DNA of 64,000 nt from Helicobacter anseris (GCF_003364335.1 NZ_NXLX01000001.1:1-64000); one strand, 5' to 3'. Counted from the first letter of the stretch, positions 29,114 through 38,558 are shown. Numbers and translations: made by a program. Notes: a model not told the origin generated them from the sequence alone.

Positions 29114-30426
29114 AGATATCTACACAAAACAGATTAAAAAAAATTATTAAGATTGCCATTCCATCAGGAATAAACTCATTGCTGGATATTGTCGTGATTG
29201 CAGTCAATATATTTTTTATGAGCATGATAAGTGATTCTCATATTTTAGCTATGGGATTGGCTTTGAATTTTTTGATGTTATTTTATGCAGTTAATGCGGT
29301 TTTTTCTGTGGGGACTAATGTTCAAATCTCTCATTATTTTGGTGCTAAAGAATATCAAAAAATTCATTATGTTTTTAGTAGTATTGTTCAGGGAAGTTTT
29401 GTTATTTCGGTCCCTTTGGTTTTGATGGGTATTTATGGTGCAGGTTTTTTCTTTGATTGGATTGGGGTTGATGGTGAAGTAAAAAATTTAGCATTGGTTT
29501 TTAATGATTTTATTATTTTTACGCTTCCAGCACTAATTTTAAAAAATATTTTTACAGCAGCTTTAGCAGGAATTGGTAATACTATTTATCCTTTATTTGT
29601 GCGATTAGTAAGTATGGTGTTTTCAATTCTTTTAACCTATATTTTTGTTTTTATTTATCATCTTGGCATAAAAGGTGCAGGGATTGCATATTTGATTGTA
29701 GGATATTTGGAGCTTTGTATTTTTATTTTAATTTTTCTTGTAAAAAAAGATTTATTTTCTTTTGGTCTTTTTGAAAAACAATATCTTTTTAATATGTTTA
29801 AAATAGGAATCCCTGCGGGATTTGAGAGATTGTTAAGCTTATTTTCTTTGATTTTTACTACAAAAATTATTGCTACTTATAATGATTGGGTTTTAACAGG
29901 TTCTCAGATTGGTAGTAGAATCGAAGCTTTTTCTTTTATGCCTAGTTTTGGTTTTATGCTTGCTGCTATAGTGTTAGTGGGGCAAAGTCTTGGAGCAAAA
30001 AAAATAAGAGAAGCAGAGATTTATACATTAACAATTTTAAAATTTTCAAGTTTGCTGATGGGAATTACAGGTATTTTGCTTGTAGTTTTTGCTAGATATC
30101 TATCCTCCCTTTTTAGTTCTAATGAAGAAGTTATATCTTCTTCTGTGTATTATCTTATTGCTGTTGGAATCTCTCAGATACCCTTAATTTGGTCTTTTGT
30201 TCTTGATGGTGCTTTAAGGGGGGCGGGCAAGACAAAACTTGTGCTTTTAATCAATGCAATCAGTATTTGGTGTTTTAGAATTTTTCCAATGATTGTTTTG
30301 GCATATTTTGATTTTGGATTTATTTGGATTTATACAATGATTTGTATTGAAACTTATATCAGGGCATTGATTTTTTGGCGGGTTTTTAAAAAAGGTGCTT
30401 GGAAAAATACAAAAAGAGATATTTGA
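29107..30426 (+). CDS. MATE family multidrug efflux transporter
   Basis: MLKISTQNRLKKIIKIAIPSGINSLLD is a typical MATE N-terminus; about 440 aa and 12 TM helices. The start is placed at the ATG at 29107 (ATGTTAA overlap with the methyltransferase stop). The track ORF begins at 29089. Confidence 0.85.
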   Translation: MLKISTQNRLKKIIKIAIPSGINSLLDIVVIAVNIFFMSMISDSHILAMGLALNFLMLFYAVNAVFSVGTNVQISHYFGAKEYQKIHYVFSSIVQGSFVISVPLVLMGIYGAGFFFDWIGVDGEVKNLALVFNDFIIFTLPALILKNIFTAALAGIGNTIYPLFVRLVSMVFSILLTYIFVFIYHLGIKGAGIAYLIVGYLELCIFILIFLVKKDLFSFGLFEKQYLFNMFKIGIPAGFERLLSLFSLIFTTKIIATYNDWVLTGSQIGSRIEAFSFMPSFGFMLAAIVLVGQSLGAKKIREAEIYTLTILKFSSLLMGITGILLVVFARYLSSLFSSNEEVISSSVYYLIAVGISQIPLIWSFVLDGALRGAGKTKLVLLINAISIWCFRIFPMIVLAYFDFGFIWIYTMICIETYIRALIFWRVFKKGAWKNTKRDI

Positions 30427-30446
30427 AGAGAAACTCTTCAAATATC

Positions 30447-31499
30447 TTAGAACACAGGATTTGGTGTTTTTGTAGTATTTTTTGGCAAGATTGGATAGAT
30501 GATTTGAGGCTTAGAACCTGTGAGTGCATCAAAAAATATTTCAATTTTTTTCGCTTCTTCATCACTAATTTCTATACCAAGCTGAATAGCTCCCATTTCT
30601 TTGATTGCATCTTTGACATCCCAAAATTGTCCATTATGAAAATAAGGCATCGTTTCTGCAATATTTCTTAGTGTAGGCACTTTTACCATTCCATTGCTAT
30701 CACCTTTAAATCCACCTACATTTGCAAATTTATAGGGTTTTACTACACCAAATGGTTGCATACTGCCTCCTAGATTGATTCCATTGTGACAAGCATTACA
30801 ACCCTTATCAATAAATAATTCTAAACCTTCTTGTTCTTGCTTGCTTAATGCTTTGATATTGCCTCTTAAGAAATCATCATATCTGCTTGGAGTGATGAGA
30901 GTGGCTTCAAACATTGCTATTGTATCAGCAATAAGCTTGAAAGTAATTTTTACATTATTGCCATAAGCTTTTTTAAACTCGCTTACATATTCAGGCATTG
31001 ATAGAATCTTTTGTAAAACAAGATCTTGTGTTGCTGCCATTTCTACTGGATTTTGAATAGGACCTTGTGCTTGATCTCCTAGATTATGTGATCTACCATC
31101 CCAAAATTGAATGTTATTAAATAGGGAATTATATACAGTTGGCGAGTTTAAGGCACTAGGATTTTTTTGCCATTTATTACCAACTGCAGTTGGAATAATA
31201 TCTGCTCCACCAAGACCAAGATTATGGCAGGTATTACAAGAGATAAGATTGGAGCTTGATAGTCTAGGATCAAAGAAGAGTTTTTTTCCTAGTTCAATTT
31301 GCTCTTTTGTCATTAGTGGCTTATAGCCAACTTGTAATTCTTGAGCTTTTTTATTTTGATATTGTTGCAATTCCTTGCCTTCAGGAAGTGGCTTTAAACC
31401 AGCATCTTGAACTTTTTTTAATAAGTCTTGAGGTGTTGTTGCAAAAGTTTGCGTGATACAAAGTGCTAAGATACAAAAAAATCGAGTTGTTTTGTTCAT
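30447..31499 (-). CDS. Di-haem cytochrome c peroxidase (CCP/MauG family)
   Basis: Two CXXCH motifs (CNTCHN and CNACHNG), signal peptide MNKTTRFFCILALCITQTFA. The start is taken at the ATG at 31499; the track ORF extends to 31547. Confidence 0.9.
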   Translation of the reverse strand: MNKTTRFFCILALCITQTFATTPQDLLKKVQDAGLKPLPEGKELQQYQNKKAQELQVGYKPLMTKEQIELGKKLFFDPRLSSSNLISCNTCHNLGLGGADIIPTAVGNKWQKNPSALNSPTVYNSLFNNIQFWDGRSHNLGDQAQGPIQNPVEMAATQDLVLQKILSMPEYVSEFKKAYGNNVKITFKLIADTIAMFEATLITPSRYDDFLRGNIKALSKQEQEGLELFIDKGCNACHNGINLGGSMQPFGVVKPYKFANVGGFKGDSNGMVKVPTLRNIAETMPYFHNGQFWDVKDAIKEMGAIQLGIEISDEEAKKIEIFFDALTGSKPQIIYPILPKNTTKTPNPVF

Positions 31500-31546
31500 T
31501 ATCTGTCCTTTTGAATTGATATTATTTTGATAAGTCAATTCTAACA

Positions 31547-31597
31547 AAATATAATTAAACTAAATGATAATTTTTATTATTTAGTTTAATTTATCAA
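31547..31597. promoter_or_regulatory. Clustered AT-rich palindromes in the ccp/dnaE divergent promoter region (Fur/PerR-box-like)
   Basis: Imperfect 31-bp palindrome AAACTAAATGATAATTTTTATTATTTAGTTT (31547-31577), then a perfect 7-2-7 inverted repeat TTATCAAaaTTGATAA (31582-31597). A further TTGATAA at 31517-31523. The hexamers resemble GATAAT-type Fur/PerR boxes. Assignment to a specific regulator is inference only. Confidence 0.3.
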
Positions 31598-31684
31598 AAT
31601 TGATAATTTTACTTAGTCTTTAAGAAAATCATCTTATCTTAAACAACAAAATGTTATATTACACCAAATTATTTAGAGGTTATT

Positions 31685-34600
31685 ATGAGCTATACACATC
31701 TACATTTACATACAGAATATTCGCTACTTGATGGTGCAAATAAAATTAAAAAATTGGCACAAAGAATTAAAGAGCTTGGGATGAATAGTGTGAGTATGAC
31801 AGATCATGGCAATATGTTTGGTGCTATAGATTTTTATACCACAATGAAAAAAGAGGGTATTAAACCTATTATTGGAATTGAGGCTTATTTGCATAATAAT
31901 GAAGACTTATCCTCTAAAGAAAGCAAACAAAGATTCCATATCTGCTTATATGCAAAAAATGAGATTGGATATAAAAATCTAATGTTTTTAAGCTCTAAGG
32001 CCTTTTTAGAGGGATTTTATTATTATCCAAGAATAAATAAAAAAATATTAAGAGAGCATAGTGAGGGTATTTTGGCTTCTTCTGCATGTTTGCAAGGCGA
32101 GGTAAGTTGGCATTTAAATACAAATAATCCTAGAAATGTTAAGTTTGGTGCTAAAGGATATGAAGTTGCAAAAGAAGTAGCTTTAGAATATAAAGATATT
32201 TTTGGGGATGATTTTTATCTTGAAATAATGCGACATGGCATTGGGGATCAAAAATTTATCGATGATCAATTGATACGCTTGAGTATTGAGACGGGTATCA
32301 AGTTAATTGCTACAAATGATACACACTATACAAAGAAGGAAGATGCAACTACACAAGAGGTAGCAATGTGTGTTGCAATGGGAAAAACTTTTAATGACAA
32401 AGATAGAATGCGTCATTCTGTAAAAGAGTTTTATGTCAAATCTCAAGAAGAAATGCAAAGGTTGTTTGCAGATATTCCAGAAGCAATTGCTCATACACAA
32501 GAAATCGCAGAAAAATGCAACCTAGAAATAGATTTAAAAGATGAAAAAAACAATCCCCCAACACCTCCTACTTTTGTTTTTACAAAAGAATATGCAAAAA
32601 ATGAGGGGCAAGATATTGACAATGATGCGGACTATTTTGCTTTTAAAGCAAGGGAAGGGTTGGAAGAACGACTAAAGATTGTTCCTTCACAAAAGCATCA
32701 GATTTACAGAGATAGATTAGAAGAAGAAATACGCATTATTAATCAAATGAAATTCCCAGGATATATGTTGATTGTTTGGGATTTTATCAATTATGCAAAG
32801 AAAAATAATATTCCTGTAGGTCCTGGTAGGGGAAGTGCTGCTGGTAGTTTGGTGGCTTTTTGTTTGAAAATAACTAATATTGATCCAATGAAATATGACT
32901 TGCTTTTTGAAAGATTCTTAAATCCAGAAAGAGTTTCGATGCCAGATATTGATACGGATTTTTGTCAAAGAAGGCGTGGAGAAGTTATAGATTATATGAT
33001 TGAAAAATATGGGAAGTATAATGTAGCGCAAGTAATTACCTTTGGTAAAATGCTTGCAAAAGGTGTAATTAGGGATGTTGCAAGGGTTTTGGATATGCCA
33101 TTAAAAGATGCTGATACATTTGCAAAGCTCATTCCTAATCAAATAGGAATTACTTTAGAGCAAGCTTGGGATTTGGAACCAAAGATTAAAGCTTTTGTAG
33201 ATTCTGTGCCTCTTGCAAAAGATGTTTGGAGCTATGCATTACAATTAGAAGGGTTTAATCGTAATGCAGGAAAGCACGCAGCAGCAATCGTAATGGATTC
33301 TCAAAAAGAGCTTTGGCATAAAACTCCTTTATATAGCAGTGATAAAACTGGTGGGGCAATTGTTACACAATATTCGATGAAATATCTTGAGCCTGTAGAT
33401 TTGATTAAGTTTGACTTTCTAGGGCTAAAAACTTTAACCGTGGTGCATGACGCATTAGAGTTGATTAAAAAGCGTTATGGAAAAGAAATAGATTTTTTGA
33501 GTATTGATGTCGATGACAAAAAAGTCTATGAAACTATCCAAAGCGGGGATACTCTTGGGATATTCCAAATAGAATCTTCTATGTTTCAGGGGCTTAATAA
33601 ACGAATTAAGCCAAGTAGTTTTGAGGATATTATAGCCATTATTGCTCTTGGTCGTCCAGGACCTATGGAATCTGGGATGGTAGATGATTTTATCAATAGA
33701 AAACATGGTTTAGAACCCATTACTTATATGTTTGATGAGTTAGAACCTATATTGCGTCCTACATATGGCACGATTGTCTATCAAGAACAGGTAATGCAAA
33801 TCGTGCAAACTATCGGAGGTTTTTCTTTAGGTGGGGCAGATTTAGTGCGTAGAGCAATGGGTAAAAAGATTAAAGAAGAAATGGAGAGATTAAAAGGGAG
33901 TTTTGCAGATGGTGCAGAGAAAAAAGGTTTTGATAGAGCTAAAGCCGAAGAATTATGGGAGTTAATTGTAAAGTTTGCTGGCTATGGTTTTAATAAATCG
34001 CATTCCGCTGCATATGCAATGATTACTTTTCAAACAGCTTATCTCAAAACCTATTATAAATACGAATTTATGGCCGCTTTACTTAGTAGCGAAGCAGATA
34101 AAATAGAATCTGTTGCAAAATATATTGATGAAGTAAAGCAAATGGGAATTGAGATAGTTCCACCTCATGTGAATATCTCGGACATGCATTTTGGTGTTGG
34201 GGATTTTAATGAAAATGGCAAGGAGGTAAAAAAGATTATTTTTGGTCTTTCTGCAATTAAGGGGGTGGGTGAAGAGCCTATTAAAAATATTCTTGAATCA
34301 AGAAAGGATGGAAAATATCAGAATTTAGAAGATTTTATTGCAAAAATTGATTTTTCAAAAATGAGTAAAAGGGTTTTGGAGCCTTTGGTAAAATCTGGAA
34401 GTCTTGATGGTCTTGGGTATAGTAGGGCTTGTATGTTTGAAAATATTGATAATATTTGTGATAGTGGTAGAAGCAAGGATAAGCTCATAGAAATGATGTC
34501 AAATTCTTTGTTTGGTGAAAGTCAAGAAGAAGTGAGTGTGCGTTTTGATTTTCAGGATATAAAAGAATATGAGATGCAAAAATTGTTAGATTATGAATAT

Positions 34601-35230
34601 GAGTGTTTAGGAATCTATGTTTCAGGTCATCCTTTAGAGAGCTTTAGAAAAGATATAGAAAATTTAAGTGGCGTGGTATCAAGTTTGAGGCTCTCAGAAG
34701 TGCAAGATAGCAATTTTTGTTTGATTGCTGGAAAGGTGTCAGATATTAAGCGCAAAATGAGCAAAAATGGTAAGCCCTATGGCTATGTAGATATCTTAGA
34801 TCTCTACGGTAAAGTAGAAATTATGTTTTTTGAAAAAAATCTCAATGATTTAGAAAAATTCAATCTAGATTTACCATTGGTATTTAAATGCAAGATTGAA
34901 CAAAGTGATGAAGGACATCAAATACGCTTGATTGAAATTATGGATTTAGATCAAGCGCAAGGACAAAAAATTGAAGTAAATTTCAAAGAAGAAAAAGAGG
35001 AAGTTGGTGAAGTTGAAATGGGTTGCCCATTGGCACTTAGGCTCTTTGGTAATATAGAGAGTAGCTTTTTTGAAACTCTAGCCAATGGTGCAAAAAAACA
35101 TTTAGGTGGGAGGGAATTGAGGATTTTATTGGATGATGGGCAAGAGACTTATATGTTTATTAGTGGTCTTAGGGTTAAAACTTCAATAAAAGAAGAATTT
35201 AAAGAATTAGAATGGATAGATTGGGAATAA
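31685..35230 (+). CDS. dnaE: DNA polymerase III alpha subunit
   Basis: 1181 aa. PHP domain N-terminus MSYTHLHLHTEYSLLDGA; polymerase core and OB-fold regions of canonical length. Confidence 0.97.
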   Translation: MSYTHLHLHTEYSLLDGANKIKKLAQRIKELGMNSVSMTDHGNMFGAIDFYTTMKKEGIKPIIGIEAYLHNNEDLSSKESKQRFHICLYAKNEIGYKNLMFLSSKAFLEGFYYYPRINKKILREHSEGILASSACLQGEVSWHLNTNNPRNVKFGAKGYEVAKEVALEYKDIFGDDFYLEIMRHGIGDQKFIDDQLIRLSIETGIKLIATNDTHYTKKEDATTQEVAMCVAMGKTFNDKDRMRHSVKEFYVKSQEEMQRLFADIPEAIAHTQEIAEKCNLEIDLKDEKNNPPTPPTFVFTKEYAKNEGQDIDNDADYFAFKAREGLEERLKIVPSQKHQIYRDRLEEEIRIINQMKFPGYMLIVWDFINYAKKNNIPVGPGRGSAAGSLVAFCLKITNIDPMKYDLLFERFLNPERVSMPDIDTDFCQRRRGEVIDYMIEKYGKYNVAQVITFGKMLAKGVIRDVARVLDMPLKDADTFAKLIPNQIGITLEQAWDLEPKIKAFVDSVPLAKDVWSYALQLEGFNRNAGKHAAAIVMDSQKELWHKTPLYSSDKTGGAIVTQYSMKYLEPVDLIKFDFLGLKTLTVVHDALELIKKRYGKEIDFLSIDVDDKKVYETIQSGDTLGIFQIESSMFQGLNKRIKPSSFEDIIAIIALGRPGPMESGMVDDFINRKHGLEPITYMFDELEPILRPTYGTIVYQEQVMQIVQTIGGFSLGGADLVRRAMGKKIKEEMERLKGSFADGAEKKGFDRAKAEELWELIVKFAGYGFNKSHSAAYAMITFQTAYLKTYYKYEFMAALLSSEADKIESVAKYIDEVKQMGIEIVPPHVNISDMHFGVGDFNENGKEVKKIIFGLSAIKGVGEEPIKNILESRKDGKYQNLEDFIAKIDFSKMSKRVLEPLVKSGSLDGLGYSRACMFENIDNICDSGRSKDKLIEMMSNSLFGESQEEVSVRFDFQDIKEYEMQKLLDYEYECLGIYVSGHPLESFRKDIENLSGVVSSLRLSEVQDSNFCLIAGKVSDIKRKMSKNGKPYGYVDILDLYGKVEIMFFEKNLNDLEKFNLDLPLVFKCKIEQSDEGHQIRLIEIMDLDQAQGQKIEVNFKEEKEEVGEVEMGCPLALRLFGNIESSFFETLANGAKKHLGGRELRILLDDGQETYMFISGLRVKTSIKEEFKELEWIDWE

Positions 35231-35231
35231 A

Positions 35232-36002
35232 ATGCGTTTAAATCAGTATATAGCACATCATACAAAATACTCTCGCAGAGAAGCAGATTCTTTAATTGCG
35301 CAAGGACGTGTGAATGTAGAAAAGCAAAAGGCTGCTTTAGGTCAGGAACTTTTAGAGAATCAGAGGGTTTTTATTGATGGAAAGAAGATTAAGCCAAAAA
35401 CAAATGGGCATTTTAGTGTAATTATCTATCATAAGCCAAAGGGAGAATTGGTTACAAAAAAAGACGATAGAAATCGTCGCACAATTTTTGATTCTTTAGA
35501 TAAAAAATATAAACATTTCACGCCAGTAGGAAGACTTGATTTTGCAAGTGAGGGGTTGTTGATTTTGACAGATGATAAAAAGGTTGCACATTATTTGATG
35601 CATAGCGATTTGCAAAGAGAATATATTTTAAAAATTTCAGGAAAAATCACCGAAGAAATGATTAAGGCTATGGAAGAGGGATTGAATCTAGAAGATGCAA
35701 GAGCAGGGGGACATCAAGAAAGTAAGATATGTGCAATGGATTTCAAACCATTTGATTCTTATATTATTTATAAAAACGATTCTAATTTCTCAAAACTAAA
35801 AGTGAAAATTTCTGAAGGTAAAAATAGAGAGCTAAGAAGATTTTTTGGACATTTTAAAGCAGAGGTTTTGGATTTAAGGCGTGTAGGATATGGCTGGATT
35901 GAATTGTGCTCTTTGCCTGTCGGAAAAGTGCGGTTTTTAAATAGAGATGAGTATAAGAAGTTGCATATTTTTATGAAAATGTTAGAAAGACCTCTAAAAT
36001 AA
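35232..36002 (+). CDS. rRNA pseudouridine synthase, RsuA/RluB family (S4 domain + catalytic domain)
   Basis: N-terminal S4 RNA-binding region (MRLNQYIAHHTKYSRREADSLIAQGRVNV) then the catalytic domain with ...GRLDFASEGLLILTDD... (catalytic Asp motif). Confidence 0.85.
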   Translation: MRLNQYIAHHTKYSRREADSLIAQGRVNVEKQKAALGQELLENQRVFIDGKKIKPKTNGHFSVIIYHKPKGELVTKKDDRNRRTIFDSLDKKYKHFTPVGRLDFASEGLLILTDDKKVAHYLMHSDLQREYILKISGKITEEMIKAMEEGLNLEDARAGGHQESKICAMDFKPFDSYIIYKNDSNFSKLKVKISEGKNRELRRFFGHFKAEVLDLRRVGYGWIELCSLPVGKVRFLNRDEYKKLHIFMKMLERPLK

Positions 36003-36003
36003 T

Positions 36004-36879
36004 TCAAAAGAGCACGGAAAAGTTGGCACTAAAGATGTTTTCTCCACCTAAAGCAACATCAGATGCAAATTTTGTTGATGCAAAATGATGATATAGCAAA
36101 TCAAGCGTAAAGAGATTTATAAAGCGAAAGCGAAGACCTGTATTAAATTGAGTAGCTAAGCTAGTGTTATTAAAAGAATATATTGTTGTAGAATATGGTG
36201 AAGAGAGTTGCATGCTATTATACACTAATCCACAACCTACACCAAGAATTATTCCGGTGCCTATTGATTTGTCAAAAAATCCAATAATCATATCTGCATT
36301 GACTGTCAGTTTGAGGGAATTTATTTTAGTGAGTTTTGCAATTGAGCCCAATAAGGGGTCTTTAAAATCAATGTCTGAGAAGATTCCATCAGATAGTTGT
36401 GCATAAGCTTGAATTCCAAAATAGGGTGAAAACATTTTCATGCTACCAATATTGAAGCCAAGAAAGATTTCTTTTAATTGAATATCTTGTTTAGGTATAA
36501 ATACAGATTCTTGGATATGAAATTGTGGTTCAGTTCCACCGATTTCAAACCCTACAAAACCTTTGATATTTGATTTATTGGCAGAAGGCAATGGTTGGGT
36601 ATTTGATTCCTGGGGAGTGTTAGCGCCCTTTATTTCTTTTTCTATTTTTTTATCCAAAGATGACTGTATATTTGTATCAACTTTTTCTTTTTTACTCTCT
36701 AATTGTTGCTCATTAAGAATACGGAGTTGCTCTTGTAATTTAGCTTTTTTGATTTGTAATTCAAGCATTTCTATTTCTTGTTTTGTTTGTTCCTTTGATT
36801 CATTTGCTTGATTTGTTTGTATCAATATAAAAAGACTAGAAATTATTAGAATAAAAATTTTTTTCTGTATTTTATGCAT
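36004..36879 (-). CDS. Outer-membrane beta-barrel protein (Helicobacter OMP-like) with N-terminal coiled-coil
   Basis: Start at the ATG at 36879 (MHKIQKKIFILIISSLFILIQTNQA signal peptide), a coiled-coil segment, and an alternating beta-strand pattern ending ...SANFSVLF (terminal Phe). The track ORF (to 37095) is an artefactual read-through across the poly-G tract (SGGGG). Confidence 0.6.
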   Translation of the reverse strand: MHKIQKKIFILIISSLFILIQTNQANESKEQTKQEIEMLELQIKKAKLQEQLRILNEQQLESKKEKVDTNIQSSLDKKIEKEIKGANTPQESNTQPLPSANKSNIKGFVGFEIGGTEPQFHIQESVFIPKQDIQLKEIFLGFNIGSMKMFSPYFGIQAYAQLSDGIFSDIDFKDPLLGSIAKLTKINSLKLTVNADMIIGFFDKSIGTGIILGVGCGLVYNSMQLSSPYSTTIYSFNNTSLATQFNTGLRFRFINLFTLDLLYHHFASTKFASDVALGGENIFSANFSVLF

Positions 36880-36915
36880 TATATACCCCATATCATAGAA
36901 AATTGTGAGGATTAT

Positions 36916-36926
36916 ACCCCCCCCCC
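36916..36926. repeat. Homopolymeric C11 (G11 on the minus strand) tract in the OMP promoter
   Basis: On the minus strand the tract reads G11 immediately followed by TATAAT (the complement of 36910-36915), then about 30 nt to the OMP ATG at 36879. It therefore lies in or next to the -35/-10 spacer. Confidence 0.85.
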
Positions 36927-37023
36927 CACTTAAAAAATAATAAAAATTTTTTATATTATGAAGTATTTCATTAGAGATTTGACTTAGTTTCAATATAATG
37001 CAAAGGGATAGCAAGGAGTGAAA

Positions 37024-37821
37024 ATGCAAATTAAATTTAATGGTAAATATATAGATACAAATCTCAAAGATACGCAGGAATTTTTTTTGACACAAAGCAA
37101 TAGTGAAGATGATGTTTGGATTGTAAATGGTTTTGCTACTAAGGAGAAGCAGGAATTAAAGGAAGATGATGAATTATTTTGTATAGCAAAAAATACAATG
37201 CCTCCCAAAGATGCCTTAGATTCTATGATGCGTGCAAGACATACGCCAAAATTACATGATAAGCTTAAACAAGCAAGTGTAGCGGTTTGTGGCTTAGGGG
37301 GATTGGGATCGCATATTGCAATAATGCTTGCAAGAAGTGGTGTGGGAAGATTAAGGCTTATAGATTTTGATGTTATTGAGCCTAGTAATTTAAACCGCCA
37401 AGCTTATATGGTAAGTGATTTGGGTAGATATAAAACAGAGGCATTAAAAGAACAGATTTTTTCCATCAATCCATTTATTGAGGTGTGTATTCATACATTA
37501 AGAATTGATGAAAAGAATCTTAGCGAGTTGTTTATCGATGATGATATTGTGTGCGAGGCATTTGACAATATCCCCTCTAAAACTTTATTGATGCAAAATT
37601 TTCATAAATACTATAAAAATAAAATTTTGATTTGTGCCTCTGGTCTTGCTGGATATGGAGATTCTAATAGCATTCAAACAAGAAAGATAGCAAATAATTT
37701 TTATATTTGTGGAGATTTAAAAAATGGTGCTAGGGTTGGCAATGGTCTTATGGCACCTAGGGTGAATATTTGTGCTGCACATCAAGCAAATTTAGTATTA
37801 GAGCTCTTAGGAGGAGAATAA
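37024..37821 (+). CDS. thiF: ThiF/MoeB-family E1-like adenylyltransferase with fused N-terminal ThiS-like beta-grasp domain
   Basis: The C-terminal two thirds have the Rossmann nucleotide motif ...VAVCGLGGLGSHIAIMLARSGVGRLRLIDFDVIEPSNLNRQ.... The first ~65 aa (MQIKFNGKYIDTNL...VWIVNGF...LKEDDELFCI) resemble the ThiS/MoaD fold but lack a terminal GG. AAGGAG RBS before the ATG at 37024. The protein ends ...LLGGE. Confidence 0.75.
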   Translation: MQIKFNGKYIDTNLKDTQEFFLTQSNSEDDVWIVNGFATKEKQELKEDDELFCIAKNTMPPKDALDSMMRARHTPKLHDKLKQASVAVCGLGGLGSHIAIMLARSGVGRLRLIDFDVIEPSNLNRQAYMVSDLGRYKTEALKEQIFSINPFIEVCIHTLRIDEKNLSELFIDDDIVCEAFDNIPSKTLLMQNFHKYYKNKILICASGLAGYGDSNSIQTRKIANNFYICGDLKNGARVGNGLMAPRVNICAAHQANLVLELLGGE

Positions 37822-37832
37822 CCCCCCCCCCC
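37822..37832. repeat. Homopolymeric C11 tract in the convergent intergenic region (3' of thiF and of the secreted-protein gene)
   Basis: 11 C immediately after the thiF TAA, flanked by AGGAGG (37809-14) and CCTCCT (37831-36), which can pair as a 6-bp stem. Confidence 0.85.
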
Positions 37833-37844
37833 TCCTTGGTTTGT

Positions 37845-38558
37845 TTATTTTTCAAAAAAAGATAACGGTTGAATAAATGGAGTGATAATATCCCAATGTT
37901 CAACAAGCTTTCCATTTTGCAATCTAAATAAATCATAAAAAATTACCTCAGGTGCCTTTCCATTAGAATCTATAGCCCCAAGCTCTCCTTGACTAACAGC
38001 AAGAACAAAGTTCCCTTCACCTAGCAGTAATATATTATGTGAATATTTTAATTTAATATGATTTTTTTGCATATATTGTAATGCTTCCATTAACCCTTCA
38101 AGACCATCTTTGATATCACTATTGTGTTGAATATATGTGTTTTTATCAATATAAGTATCAAGATTATCTTTTTGTTGGATAAGAATATCATTGATAAAAT
38201 CTTTAACAATTTTTTTATTCTTTTGGATATCCTGTTTGGTATCAATTTCTATTACCCCATCAATTTGTGTATGACCACTAGGATTGTTTGGTGCTTTTAG
38301 GGTAATATTTTTCCAAGATTTTGTAATTTTTTTGTCTTTTATAGAAAGGATATCAAAGCCTACTTTGATAACCCCATCTTCCTTAAATTCGCTGTGCAAG
38401 ACAATAAAATTATCATCTTTTAGGATTCTATAAATTTTTACATCTTCTCTTTTATTTTCTTGCATATAAATTTCTATACTATCTAATATTGTTTCCATTC
38501 CGACCAATAAACTAGCACTAGTCACTAAAGCAGTTATATTTTTTTTCATAAATGACAT
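37845..38558 (-). CDS. Secreted protein with tandem NTF2/SnoaL-like domains (ester-cyclase-like)
   Basis: Signal peptide MSFMKKNITALVTSASLLVG. C-terminal ...NGKLVEHWDII... resembles the DGKIVEHWD motif of SnoaL-like/ketosteroid-isomerase-fold proteins. Divergent from an HxlR regulator gene. Confidence 0.45.
   Translation of the reverse strand: MSFMKKNITALVTSASLLVGMETILDSIEIYMQENKREDVKIYRILKDDNFIVLHSEFKEDGVIKVGFDILSIKDKKITKSWKNITLKAPNNPSGHTQIDGVIEIDTKQDIQKNKKIVKDFINDILIQQKDNLDTYIDKNTYIQHNSDIKDGLEGLMEALQYMQKNHIKLKYSHNILLLGEGNFVLAVSQGELGAIDSNGKAPEVIFYDLFRLQNGKLVEHWDIITPFIQPLSFFEK

Noticed and set aside
37018-37023. GTG at 37018 as the thiF start
   Set aside because: The AAGGAG RBS at 37012-37017 overlaps it. 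The ATG at 37024, with a 6-nt spacer, is the better start.
36880-37095. Track ORF 36004-37095 extending the OMP gene upstream through ...SGGGG...
   Set aside because: The extension reads through the G11 tract and the TATAAT promoter element. A signal-peptide start (MHKIQKKIFILIISSLF) at 36879 is far more plausible, so the upstream part is a read-through artefact.
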